Part shown: positions 17,109 through 25,380 of the stretch, one piece after another
Layout: each line of letters opens with the position of its first letter
Position numbering within the stretch: position 1 is the stretch's first letter
Source: Opitutales bacterium
Lineage (GTDB): Bacteria > Verrucomicrobiota > Verrucomicrobiia > Opitutales > PNEW01
NCBI GenBank assembly: GCA_965219535.1
Contig: CBDCNV010000001.1
Coordinates: forward strand, 1,350,001-1,382,000
DNA length: 32,000 nt
Direction: 5' to 3'
Notes under the pieces: generated by a model
What the model was told of the DNA's origin: nothing
Databases searched by the model: none
What the model saw: only the letters and a program-made list of their open reading frames with translations
Translations under genes and position numbers: made by a program

Positions 17109-17265
17109 TATCCCCCTCGACTAGGCTCAGGACAGGCAGGGTTCAGGGTTTCCTTGACCTATTAGTTTTACCGCATTTACGCAATATAAGATAATGCTCA
17201 TCACATATTACATTGACATAAGGGTGAGATTGGGATTTTTTATCCGGTTTTAATTAATAAAGCCC

Positions 17266-17391
17266 ATGAAAGTCGTATCATCGCTGAAATCGTTGAAAAA
17301 CAGACATCCGGATTGCAAGGTTGTGCGCCGGCGTGGTCGCGTCTATGTAATTTGCAAAACCAATCCTCGTTTTAAAGCAAAACAAGCGTAA
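17266..17391 (+). CDS. rpmJ: 50S ribosomal protein L36, zinc-independent (YkgO-like) form
   Basis: 41 aa: [41 protein letters not shown]. Not in the ORF track because it is too short. It matches the C-minus L36 pattern and lacks the CxxC motif. Confidence 0.85.
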   Translation: MKVVSSLKSLKNRHPDCKVVRRRGRVYVICKTNPRFKAKQA

Positions 17392-17409
17392 AGTAAGTAT
17401 TTAATTACT

Positions 17410-17667
17410 GTGAAAAAAAAAATTCATCCAGAATTAAATCCTGTCTGTTTCATCGATGTTTCGACGGGGAAGAAATTCCTTACCCGGTCGACCTTAAAAT
17501 CAAATAAGACAGAAATGATAGATGGGGTTGAATACCAGGTTGTCTTGCGTGATGTGACTGCCGATTCTCATCCCGCCTTCACGGGTGAAAAACGTTTTGT
17601 AGACACCGCGGGCCGCGTGGAAAAATTCCAGACTAAATTTCGCCGCCGCGCCGATCAGAAGGAATAA
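17410..17667 (+). CDS. rpmE: 50S ribosomal protein L31, type B (zinc-independent)
   Basis: 85 aa with a GTG start. MKKKIHPE N-terminus, a single Cys and no CxxC pair, and a type-B-like C-terminal extension. Confidence 0.85.
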   Translation: MKKKIHPELNPVCFIDVSTGKKFLTRSTLKSNKTEMIDGVEYQVVLRDVTADSHPAFTGEKRFVDTAGRVEKFQTKFRRRADQKE

Positions 17668-17668
17668 T

Positions 17669-17689
17669 AATCGCCTCTCGGCGATTTTT
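17669..17689 (+). terminator. rho-independent terminator after rpmE
   Basis: aatcgcc / tctc / ggcgatt stem-loop running into a T5 tract, immediately after the TAATAA stops. Confidence 0.6.
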
Positions 17690-17711
17690 GTGTTAGGTTT
17701 TAGGTGTTAAG
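17690..17711 (+). repeat. GTNTTAG heptamer array
   Basis: Units are gtgttag gttttag gtgttaa g. The inverted partner is at 18302-18323. Confidence 0.8.
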
Positions 17712-17733
17712 CAAGAGCTTAAGGTGAGTACAG

Positions 17734-18211
17734 GGTACAACCAGGACATGGTTTACACTTTGTGAGGGATGCTGTAATCAGTAATTACTTTACTATTTTT
17801 ATAAATCGCCAACATGTCACGCCGTAGTCCCGCAATTGCCGCATGACGGCGGATCGCATATCCGCAATCCGCAATTGTATCACCCCGGAGGGGTGTGATA
17901 AACGAAGCCCATAGCGCAAGCTATGGGATAATTATAAAGGTAAGAAAACAGCCCCAGCGGGGCGACACAACAAACCTTCCAACTGTAATTGTGTCGCCCC
18001 GCTGGGGCTTGGAAATTATATCAAACTTACGATCCCACAGCTTGCGCAGTGGGCTAGTAATGCATCGCCCCTCCGGGGCGAATGGATATCTATAGCCAAT
18101 TTATTTGTTTCCTTTCATGCCATGATAACGTTCATTTGCTTCCTTCATCTTATGGCAATCTGTAAAGGATGTCCTGAACCTTTTGTGTAAACGATGTCTT
18201 GAACCTATACC
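17734..18211 (-). mobile_element. non-autonomous (MITE-like) derivative of the IS at 7856-9230
   Basis: Both termini are shared with the IS. The left about 45-55 nt includes ggtacaaccaggacatggtttacactttgtgagggatgct. The right about 117 nt includes the first transposase codons and ggcaatctgtaaaggatgtcctgaaccttttgtgtaaa.gatgtcttgaacctatacc. The interior of about 310 nt is unrelated to the transposase. Confidence 0.75.
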
Positions 18212-18261
18212 AGATCAATATCCAGGTATCAGGATATTTAATTTGTATCACGCAGTTTTCC

Positions 18262-18323
18262 CTTCATCCATTCTTCCATACATCCAATTTTTCACTCTTC
18301 ACTTAACACCTAACACTTAAAAC
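18262..18323 (-). repeat. CATCC-type words followed by the reverse complement of GTNTTAG heptamers
   Basis: cttcatccattcttccatacatcc ... cttcact taacacc taacact taaaac. Confidence 0.7.
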
Positions 18324-18340
18324 TTTGAGCTACAAGTAGC

Positions 18341-19558
18341 TCAAAAGGTGTGGATAAACAAACCGGAGCGGAGCTTGGGCTCGAACCAGGTACTTTTGGG
18401 TGGCATTAGTTTCCCCTTATCAGCGACAACCATGAGCTGTGTGACGGTCACAGGGTGGAGGGAAAATGCGACGGCGGCGTCACCTTCATCAACCCTTCTC
18501 TCAAGTTCAGCCGTTCCACGGATACCGCCGACAAAATCAATCCGCGGATTTGTGCGTGGATCGTCAATACCGAGCAATGGCTCAAGTATAGATTTTTGAA
18601 GCATACTCACATCGAGACTGTCTACCGGATCATCCGAAGGGTGCGGATTTAAAGACAGGCCATACCACATCCCATTGAGATACATGCAGACATTACCCGG
18701 CCCTGCGGGAACGGCGTCCACATTTTTGGTGAGGGGACAGATTTCCGTTATGCGTTCAAGGAATAGGGAACTGCTGAGTCCATTTAAATCACTAATGACC
18801 CGGTTGTATGGTAGAATATTCATGTGTGAAGCCGGGTAGAGGACACATAGAAACCAGTTATAGTCTTCATCTCCACGATGATTTGGATTCACGGAACGCT
18901 GCATCCTACTCACTCGCGTGGCACTGGCGCTTCGGTGATGTCCGTCAGCGACATAAAAATTGGGAACTGATTTAAATGCATCACATATAGCTTCATATTC
19001 ATTTATACGCCACACAGTGTGCCTTATTCTATCGTCCGTCTTAAAATCAAACAGAGGTGGATTTGAGATAATTTCTTCAGTGAGTTTATTAATATCGCTC
19101 GAATCGCGATAGGTAAGAAATACCGGTCCCGGGTTGGCACGAAGTGTATGCGTTAGACGCGTGCGATCATCTTCCTTTATCGGTCGGGTATTCTCATGTT
19201 TTTTAATGAGATTTTTATCGTAGTCATCCACATGGCAAAGAGCGGCGATACCACGTTGGCGATGGTTACCCATTTCCTGTTGATACAGGTAAATACAGGA
19301 TTCAGATTCTCGCAATAGATGTCCGTCACGTTGTAGCTGTTGAAAGTTTTCTAGGGCTTTTGAATAGACTTCATCGACATAGGGATCCGTTCCTTTTGGA
19401 AGATCGGCTTCCGCGCGTACTACATGCAACATACTAAGCGGATTATCTCGTGTCAGCGTAATCGCTTCCTCGGTGGTGACCACATCGTAGGGTAGGGATG
19501 CCACCTTTTCAACTGTGTTGGTGGAAGGACATAGCCCCTGAAATACTCCTATACGCAT
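18341..19558 (-). CDS. DUF1015 family protein
   Basis: 405 aa. The N-terminal LPYDVV motif, the D...IKKHE.TR segment and the YVADGHHR motif match the DUF1015 family as I recall it. Confidence 0.75.
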   Translation of the reverse strand: MRIGVFQGLCPSTNTVEKVASLPYDVVTTEEAITLTRDNPLSMLHVVRAEADLPKGTDPYVDEVYSKALENFQQLQRDGHLLRESESCIYLYQQEMGNHRQRGIAALCHVDDYDKNLIKKHENTRPIKEDDRTRLTHTLRANPGPVFLTYRDSSDINKLTEEIISNPPLFDFKTDDRIRHTVWRINEYEAICDAFKSVPNFYVADGHHRSASATRVSRMQRSVNPNHRGDEDYNWFLCVLYPASHMNILPYNRVISDLNGLSSSLFLERITEICPLTKNVDAVPAGPGNVCMYLNGMWYGLSLNPHPSDDPVDSLDVSMLQKSILEPLLGIDDPRTNPRIDFVGGIRGTAELERRVDEGDAAVAFSLHPVTVTQLMVVADKGKLMPPKSTWFEPKLRSGLFIHTF

Positions 19559-19698
19559 AGCAAGGTGATAGCTACATATCTTGTTAATGAAATCAAGTAA
19601 TATACAATTATTTTAATCTGCGCATGGTTTCAGTTCAATTGCGATAAGGCTATTAGTTTTTTCTTGCTCTCGCCTAACTGTATTGCTTGATCGTATTA

Positions 19699-20199
19699 AT
19701 GCCAAACGGTAATGGAGGCGTCTCGAAACACGGGTTTAGACTATTTATTACTTTGTTTATTGTTTGGCTGTTATGGTCGGGCCACTATGGTGTTTTGCTC
19801 ATCATATTCGGGGTAATATCTTGCCTTATCGTACTCGCGATCACGATAAAGATGAAAATAGCGGATCCTGAAGGGCAACCTATGCATCTCTTGGGGGGCG
19901 CATTCTTCTACTGGCCCTGGATTTTATGGGAAATTTTTAAAGCTAATATTGGCGTTACACGAATAATTTTAGATCCCAAGCTTCCCATCAGTCCTAATAT
20001 GATACAGGTCAAGGCGAGCCAAAAGACTGCATTAGGAAAAGTGATTTATGCTAATTCCATCACCCTGACGCCGGGAACCGTATCGGTTGATGTAACCGAT
20101 GACACGATAACCGTCCACGCACTGAGTCATGAAAATGCCGAGGAACTGCTCGCTGGTGAGATGGATCGACGCGTAACAAAAATGGAAGGAGAGAGCTGA
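19699..20199 (+). CDS. mrpE: Mrp antiporter subunit E
   Basis: The ANSITLTPGTVSVDV motif is typical of MnhE/MrpE. The ATG at 19699 is preferred over the TTG at 19687. Confidence 0.8.
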   Translation: MPNGNGGVSKHGFRLFITLFIVWLLWSGHYGVLLIIFGVISCLIVLAITIKMKIADPEGQPMHLLGGAFFYWPWILWEIFKANIGVTRIILDPKLPISPNMIQVKASQKTALGKVIYANSITLTPGTVSVDVTDDTITVHALSHENAEELLAGEMDRRVTKMEGES

Positions 20200-20489
20200 T
20201 GTTTGTCACGGCGATGGTTGCCATTATCATCACCATGGTGCTGGCCCTGGCGCGCGCATTTTTTGGACCGACGGTCTATGATCGTATTTTAGCGGTCAAT
20301 ATGTTCGGAACTAAAACCGTTCTTTTGATTGCGGTAATCGGATTTCTGCGCGGTCAGCCGGACTTTATCGACCTTGCGCTCATTTACGTCCTCATCAATT
20401 TCATAGGGACGATTGCCATTCTCAAATACATCGAATTCGGAAACTTCGCCACCGCTGGTGATGAAAAAGAAGGAGCTGAAGCACAATGA
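20199..20489 (+). CDS. mrpF: Mrp antiporter subunit F
   Basis: 96 aa, 3 TM. GPTVYDRILAVN motif. The start overlaps the upstream stop. Confidence 0.8.
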   Translation: MFVTAMVAIIITMVLALARAFFGPTVYDRILAVNMFGTKTVLLIAVIGFLRGQPDFIDLALIYVLINFIGTIAILKYIEFGNFATAGDEKEGAEAQ

Positions 20490-20806
20490 CATTAGCGGTT
20501 GATATCGCTGGGTGGATCTTTCTTATCCTAGGATCTTTTTTTTGCGTAGTCGGCGGAGTGGGAATATTACGACTCCCTGATTTTTATAGCCGACTACATG
20601 GTGCGGGGATAACCGATACCCTGGGAGCTGGTCTTATCTTTATCGGGTTGATGATTCAATCAGGGTTCAACCTTGTGACGGTAAAGATGATTATGATCGT
20701 ATTTTTTCTCTATTTAACGAGTCCCACGGCAACGCATGCCATAGCTAAAGCGGCACGTATCTCCGGACTAAAACCGTTCTTCAAAGATAAAGACGCTGAG
20801 TTATGA
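20486..20806 (+). CDS. mrpG: Mrp antiporter subunit G
   Basis: 106 aa. RLPDFYSRLHGAGITDTLG motif. ATGA-type overlap with the upstream gene. Confidence 0.8.
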   Translation: MTLAVDIAGWIFLILGSFFCVVGGVGILRLPDFYSRLHGAGITDTLGAGLIFIGLMIQSGFNLVTVKMIMIVFFLYLTSPTATHAIAKAARISGLKPFFKDKDAEL

Positions 20807-21354
20807 TTCACGCGCTTGATATTATATTGTTAACTTTCATGGTGATCATTGCCTTTACCGTGGTCCGGCTGCACAACATGTTGGCGGCCATAGTTCTGAC
20901 CGGAATCTATAGCCTCCTCTCGGCCTCAATTTTTATCATTCTCGATGCTGTTGATGTTGCTTTTACAGAAGCCGCGGTCGGAGCGGGTATCGCTACGATT
21001 CTCATGCTGGGGACTTTAGCGCTGACAACTACTGAAGAAAAAGTACCGCAAAGCAAAATTATATTCCCCTTGCTCGTAGTTATTCTTACCGGGGCGGTGC
21101 TCATCTATGGAACGCTCGACATGCCAAATTACGGTGATCCCAAGGCCTACATCCACCAGCATGTGGCACCGCGGTATATTGTCGAATCACCCGAGGAAAT
21201 CGGAGTACCCAACATGGTGACTTCAGTCCTCGCCAGTTACCGAGGGTATGACACCCTCGGAGAGGTGACGGTTATTTTCACCGCGGGTATCGGTGTGGTG
21301 CTTTTACTTGGAGGATCGCGACGCAATAAAAGCAACGGGAAGGATGAGCGATGA
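20803..21354 (+). CDS. MrpA C-terminal-like / MrpB-like subunit (DUF4040-type)
   Basis: 183 aa. AVDVAFTEAAVGAGI (DUF4040-like) and ASYRGYDTLGEVTVIF (MnhB-like) motifs. Confidence 0.7.
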   Translation: MIHALDIILLTFMVIIAFTVVRLHNMLAAIVLTGIYSLLSASIFIILDAVDVAFTEAAVGAGIATILMLGTLALTTTEEKVPQSKIIFPLLVVILTGAVLIYGTLDMPNYGDPKAYIHQHVAPRYIVESPEEIGVPNMVTSVLASYRGYDTLGEVTVIFTAGIGVVLLLGGSRRNKSNGKDER

Positions 21355-21770
21355 AAGATCAAATTGTATTACGGGTAATTGCCAAACTTTTCATTCCCTT
21401 TATTTTGCTTTTTGCTCTCTATGTTCAATTTCACGGGGATTATGGACCGGGTGGCGGTTTCCAGGCTGGGGTAATTTTTGCAGCAGCATTTGTCCTCTAT
21501 GCGTTGATCTTTGGTCTTGAAGCGGCAAAAAAAGTGGCGAAACCCAGCCTGGTGCAATCCCTGGTTGCGGTAGGCGTCCTGCTTTATGTCGGTACCGGGA
21601 TCATGGGTATTTTACTGGGTGGCAATTTTCTCGATTACAATGTTTTGCAACACGATCCAGTGCACGGTCAGCATCTCGGCATCTTAATTATTGAATTGGG
21701 CGTAGGGATAACCGTGGCTTCGGTAATGATCACGATCTTTTTCTCTTTTGCGGGAAGAGCACAGTCATAA
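21351..21770 (+). CDS. mrpB: Mrp antiporter subunit B-like
   Basis: 139 aa. HGDYGPGGGFQAG motif and 4 TM segments. Confidence 0.7.
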   Translation: MKDQIVLRVIAKLFIPFILLFALYVQFHGDYGPGGGFQAGVIFAAAFVLYALIFGLEAAKKVAKPSLVQSLVAVGVLLYVGTGIMGILLGGNFLDYNVLQHDPVHGQHLGILIIELGVGITVASVMITIFFSFAGRAQS

Positions 21771-22123
21771 TGCAATATCTCGGTCTATATAATTACTGGA
21801 TTGCGGTCATTCTCATGATGACTGGATTTTATATCGTTATATCTTCCGGCAACCTAATTAAGAAAATAATCGGGCTTAATATATTTCAGGTTTCCGTTTT
21901 CTTGTTTTATATAAGCATGGGTAAAATTACCGGAGGTACGGCGCCGATAAAAACGGATGGAGCCTCAATCTATTCCAACCCTTTGCCTCATGTTCTCATT
22001 CTCACGGCTATTGTGGTCGGAGTAGCGACGACAGCGCTTGGGTTATCTTTAGTCGTGCGCATAAAAGAAGCATACGGAACGGTTGAAGAAGACGAGATTC
22101 ACAGTCAGGACGAAGCGTGGTAA
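21770..22123 (+). CDS. mrpC: Mrp antiporter subunit C (NuoK-like)
   Basis: 117 aa, 3 TM. PLPHVLILTAIVVG.A motif. Confidence 0.8.
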   Translation: MQYLGLYNYWIAVILMMTGFYIVISSGNLIKKIIGLNIFQVSVFLFYISMGKITGGTAPIKTDGASIYSNPLPHVLILTAIVVGVATTALGLSLVVRIKEAYGTVEEDEIHSQDEAW

Positions 22124-23604
22124 TCGAATCCCATTTACCGATTTTGCAGATTGTTGTTCCGCTCACCGCGGCGCCGCTTTGTGTGCTTCTACGCCAGAAA
22201 ACTGTGGTTTGGGTATTTGCGACAATCGTCAGTTGGACAACGCTGGTGATAGCGATAGCGATTTTAATGCGCGTGCTGGATCAAGGGACCCTTAGCTATG
22301 CACTGGGCAGTTGGCTAGCCCCCTGGGGCATTGAAATTCGGATCGACGCCGTTAATGCTTATATTCTATTGCTCGTCGCGATAATTGGAGCAGTTGTTCT
22401 TTTATATGCACCTTCCAGTGTAGCGGAAGAAATCCCCGGGGACAGCCACCATTTGTTTTACTCTGCCTATCTCCTGTGCCTGACTGGATTGCTGGGCATA
22501 ACAGCGACGGGCGATGTATTTAATCTCTTTGTATTTCTCGAAATATCTTCACTTTCATCCTACGCCTTGATCAGCCTCGGGAAAGACCGGCGCGCTTTAA
22601 CGGCTGCCTATCAATATTTAGTCCTGGGGACGATCGGCGCTACCTTTATCCTTATTGGAATAGGGTTTATGTACATGATGACCGGCACACTCAACATGGC
22701 CGACCTGGCTGTTCAATTGGAATCGGTTAAAAATACCCGCACGGTGATCACCGCTTTTGCTTTTTTTAGTGTAGGTGTAAGTTTGAAACTCGCCCTTTTC
22801 CCGCTTCATCTGTGGCTTCCCAATGCCTATGCGTATGCGCCATCTGTAGTCACGGCTTTACTCGCGGCTACAGCGACAAAAGTATCTATTTATGTCCTCT
22901 TAAGGTTCATCTTTTCTATATTCGGAACAGATTTTGCCTTTGAGGCGATGAGACTTGATGCGGTACTTCTACCCTTGGCGCTGATCGGGATATTCGTCGG
23001 GTCAACCGTTGCCGTGTTTCAAAATAACATCAAGCGGATGCTTGCTTATTCAAGTGTGGCCCAGGTCGGCTATATGATACTGGGAATTAGTTTTGTCTCA
23101 CTGACCGGGCTTACGGGAGGGATCGTCCATCTTTTTAATCACGCCTTGATGAAAGGAGCTTTGTTCCTTGTCATGGGTGGTATCGCGTTGCGGATTGGTT
23201 CGGTGAACATCGATGATATGCGCGGACTTGGCAAGCGCATGCCGGTCACGATGGCAGCCTTTGTTCTCGGTGGACTCAGTCTTATTGGTGTTCCTCTAAC
23301 TGTTGGGTTCATCAGTAAATGGTATCTTGTCCACGCGGCCATTGAGCAAGGTATGTGGCCAGTCGCAGTGCTCATTCTGTTAGGCTCGTTACTCGCCGTT
23401 ATCTACGTCTGGCGTGTAATTGAAGTCGCCTATTTCCAGGAGAATCAACGAGGGGAAGAGCGCGAAATTAAAGAACTACCCTTAACTATGCATATTGCGA
23501 TTTGGCTATTAATCAGTGCGACAATTATTTTCGGAATTTTCACCCCATTGACTGTGGGGGTCGCGAAAAAAGCGGCCTCTCTATTATTGGGAGTATTATC
23601 ATGA
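22117..23604 (+). CDS. mrpD: Mrp subunit D-like proton-conducting antiporter subunit (NuoM/N family), copy 1
   Basis: 495 aa with a GTG start. Polytopic, with conserved LHLWLPNAY and AYSSVAQVGYM segments. Confidence 0.8.
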   Translation: MVIESHLPILQIVVPLTAAPLCVLLRQKTVVWVFATIVSWTTLVIAIAILMRVLDQGTLSYALGSWLAPWGIEIRIDAVNAYILLLVAIIGAVVLLYAPSSVAEEIPGDSHHLFYSAYLLCLTGLLGITATGDVFNLFVFLEISSLSSYALISLGKDRRALTAAYQYLVLGTIGATFILIGIGFMYMMTGTLNMADLAVQLESVKNTRTVITAFAFFSVGVSLKLALFPLHLWLPNAYAYAPSVVTALLAATATKVSIYVLLRFIFSIFGTDFAFEAMRLDAVLLPLALIGIFVGSTVAVFQNNIKRMLAYSSVAQVGYMILGISFVSLTGLTGGIVHLFNHALMKGALFLVMGGIALRIGSVNIDDMRGLGKRMPVTMAAFVLGGLSLIGVPLTVGFISKWYLVHAAIEQGMWPVAVLILLGSLLAVIYVWRVIEVAYFQENQRGEEREIKELPLTMHIAIWLLISATIIFGIFTPLTVGVAKKAASLLLGVLS

Positions 23605-25070
23605 ACCCATCATACACTACCTTGGCGGCGGTATTAATACCCCTTATCGGCGCTCCTTTTATTATTCTTCTCAATAAGCGACCTAACTATCGCGAAGCTG
23701 CAACCCTTGTAACGGGAGTAATCCTTTTTCTCGCTGTGCTCTCCCTCGTTCCGATTGTCTTAGATGGAGGCAGACCAGGTATAGAGTTAATTAAAATTAT
23801 GCCCGGGCTATCCCTGGCTTTTGAGGTCGAACCCCTCGGGATGCTGTTTGCCCTCATTGCCTCTGGGCTGTGGATCGTTACTTCCGTCTACGCTATTGGC
23901 TATATGCGAGGCCATCATGAAGAGAATCAAACACGCTTTTATTTCTTTTTCGCGGTGGCCATCACTGCGGCGATCGGCGTGGCTTTTTCCGCGAATTTAT
24001 TAACCTTGTTTATATTCTATGAAGTGCTGACCTTATCAACTTTTCCCTTGGTCACTCATCATGGGACGGAGGCGGCAATGCGTGGCGGCCGCGTCTACCT
24101 GGGAATATTGATAAGTACTTCAATCGTGTTTCTACTCCTGGCAATTGTCTGGACCTGGAATTTGACAGGGACTCTCGATTTTACTCCGGGAGGTATTTTA
24201 TCCGGTTGTGCGAGTAACGGAGTGATCCTTGCCCTACTCGTACTCTATGCATTTGGAACGGGAAAAGCGGCACTCATGCCATTTCATCGTTGGCTACCCG
24301 CGGCAATGGTGGCGCCGACTCCGGTGAGCGCTTTATTACACGCGGTTGCGGTAGTAAAAGCAGGTGTCTTTACGGTAATGAAAGTCGTTGTTTATATCTT
24401 CGGCCTCGATCTGCTCGCAAGCACAGATCTCAGTGTATGGTTAATCTATGTAGCCGCAGCGACGATTCTTATCGCGTCACTTGTCGCCTTAACGAAAGAC
24501 AACCTCAAGGCCCGGCTGGCATACTCCACAATCAGCCAGTTGTCATATATCGTACTCGGAGCCGCTCTCGCTAACAGTTGGGGAGTAATAGGCGGCAGCA
24601 TGCATATCGTAACCCACGCTTTTGGTAAAATCACCCTGTTTTTTTGTGCCGGCGCCATTCTCGTCGCCTCTCATAAAACTGAAATCAGTGATATGAAAGG
24701 GATAGGTCGCCAGATGCCTTTTACGATGTTTGCTTTTTTAATTGGATCATTAAGCATAATCGGACTCCCCCCATTTGCGGGGACCTGGAGTAAGTGGTAC
24801 CTCGTTCTCGGAACCTTAGAGGGCGGGCATTATTTAGTCGTGGCGGTACTTATTATAAGTTCTTTGCTGAATATAGCCTATTTATTACCAATCGTCGTGA
24901 ATGCTTTTTTCATACCTGAAGAGAAAGAGAACGGGGATACCTCGGGTGGATTTAAAGAGGCGCCCCTCAGCTGCATCATTCCCTTACTTTTAACCGCGGC
25001 CGGTTGTATCATCCTTTTCATTTATTCCGAACCTCTCCTCGAGTTAACACTTAAAATCGGAGGGTACTAA
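23601..25070 (+). CDS. mrpD: Mrp subunit D-like antiporter subunit, copy 2
   Basis: 489 aa from the ATG at 23601, which forms an ATGA overlap with the upstream stop. The track start at 23502 would overlap the upstream gene by 100 nt. FHRWLPAAM and AYSTISQLSYI segments. Confidence 0.8.
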   Translation: MNPSYTTLAAVLIPLIGAPFIILLNKRPNYREAATLVTGVILFLAVLSLVPIVLDGGRPGIELIKIMPGLSLAFEVEPLGMLFALIASGLWIVTSVYAIGYMRGHHEENQTRFYFFFAVAITAAIGVAFSANLLTLFIFYEVLTLSTFPLVTHHGTEAAMRGGRVYLGILISTSIVFLLLAIVWTWNLTGTLDFTPGGILSGCASNGVILALLVLYAFGTGKAALMPFHRWLPAAMVAPTPVSALLHAVAVVKAGVFTVMKVVVYIFGLDLLASTDLSVWLIYVAAATILIASLVALTKDNLKARLAYSTISQLSYIVLGAALANSWGVIGGSMHIVTHAFGKITLFFCAGAILVASHKTEISDMKGIGRQMPFTMFAFLIGSLSIIGLPPFAGTWSKWYLVLGTLEGGHYLVVAVLIISSLLNIAYLLPIVVNAFFIPEEKENGDTSGGFKEAPLSCIIPLLLTAAGCIILFIYSEPLLELTLKIGGY

Positions 25071-25071
25071 T

Positions 25072-25380
25072 ATGGAACCGCCAATGGAAAATCATTCGCC
25101 AGATGAGGGCAATCAATCTTCGAAGGAGGAAAAACACATTTTTGACAATCGTGAAAATGTAAAACGACTGATAAGGATTTTCTTCTCCATCTGCTTTGTC
25201 TTGTTCATCCTGGATTTTATTATTCATCGACACCTCAGTTTTGAAGAAGGGGAATTCTCGGTCGAAGAGTGGCCTGGGTTTTACGCTGTCTACGGTTTTG
25301 TCGCCTGTGTCGTACTGGTTTTAGTCGCGAAGCAGATGAGGAAGCTGCTTATGCGACGGGAGGATTACTATGAGCATTAA
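25072..25380 (+). CDS. small two-TM membrane protein embedded in the Mrp operon
   Basis: 102 aa. Polar N-terminus followed by two hydrophobic helices. Tightly packed or overlapping with both neighbours. I recognise no family. Confidence 0.6.
   Translation: MEPPMENHSPDEGNQSSKEEKHIFDNRENVKRLIRIFFSICFVLFILDFIIHRHLSFEEGEFSVEEWPGFYAVYGFVACVVLVLVAKQMRKLLMRREDYYEH

Noticed and set aside
16991-17194. 67-aa ORF downstream of yqgE, plus the antisense 123-aa ORF at 16725-17096
   Set aside because: The first spans the inverted word-array hairpin. The second is antisense to the well-supported yqgE gene. Both are likely spurious.
17195-17265. Zur box upstream of rpmJ-rpmE
   Set aside because: No convincing AT-rich palindrome of the Zur type could be identified by eye, so it is left as an open check rather than a feature.
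17895-18095. 66-aa plus-strand ORF in the track
   Set aside because: It lies entirely across the symmetric GC-rich palindromic modules inside the MITE-like element. The open frame is most simply a by-product of the inverted repeats.
23502-23600. N-terminal 33 codons of the track ORF 23502-25070
   Set aside because: This start would overlap the preceding MrpD-like gene by about 100 nt. The ATG at 23601 forms an ATGA stop/start overlap and gives a normal MrpD N-terminus.
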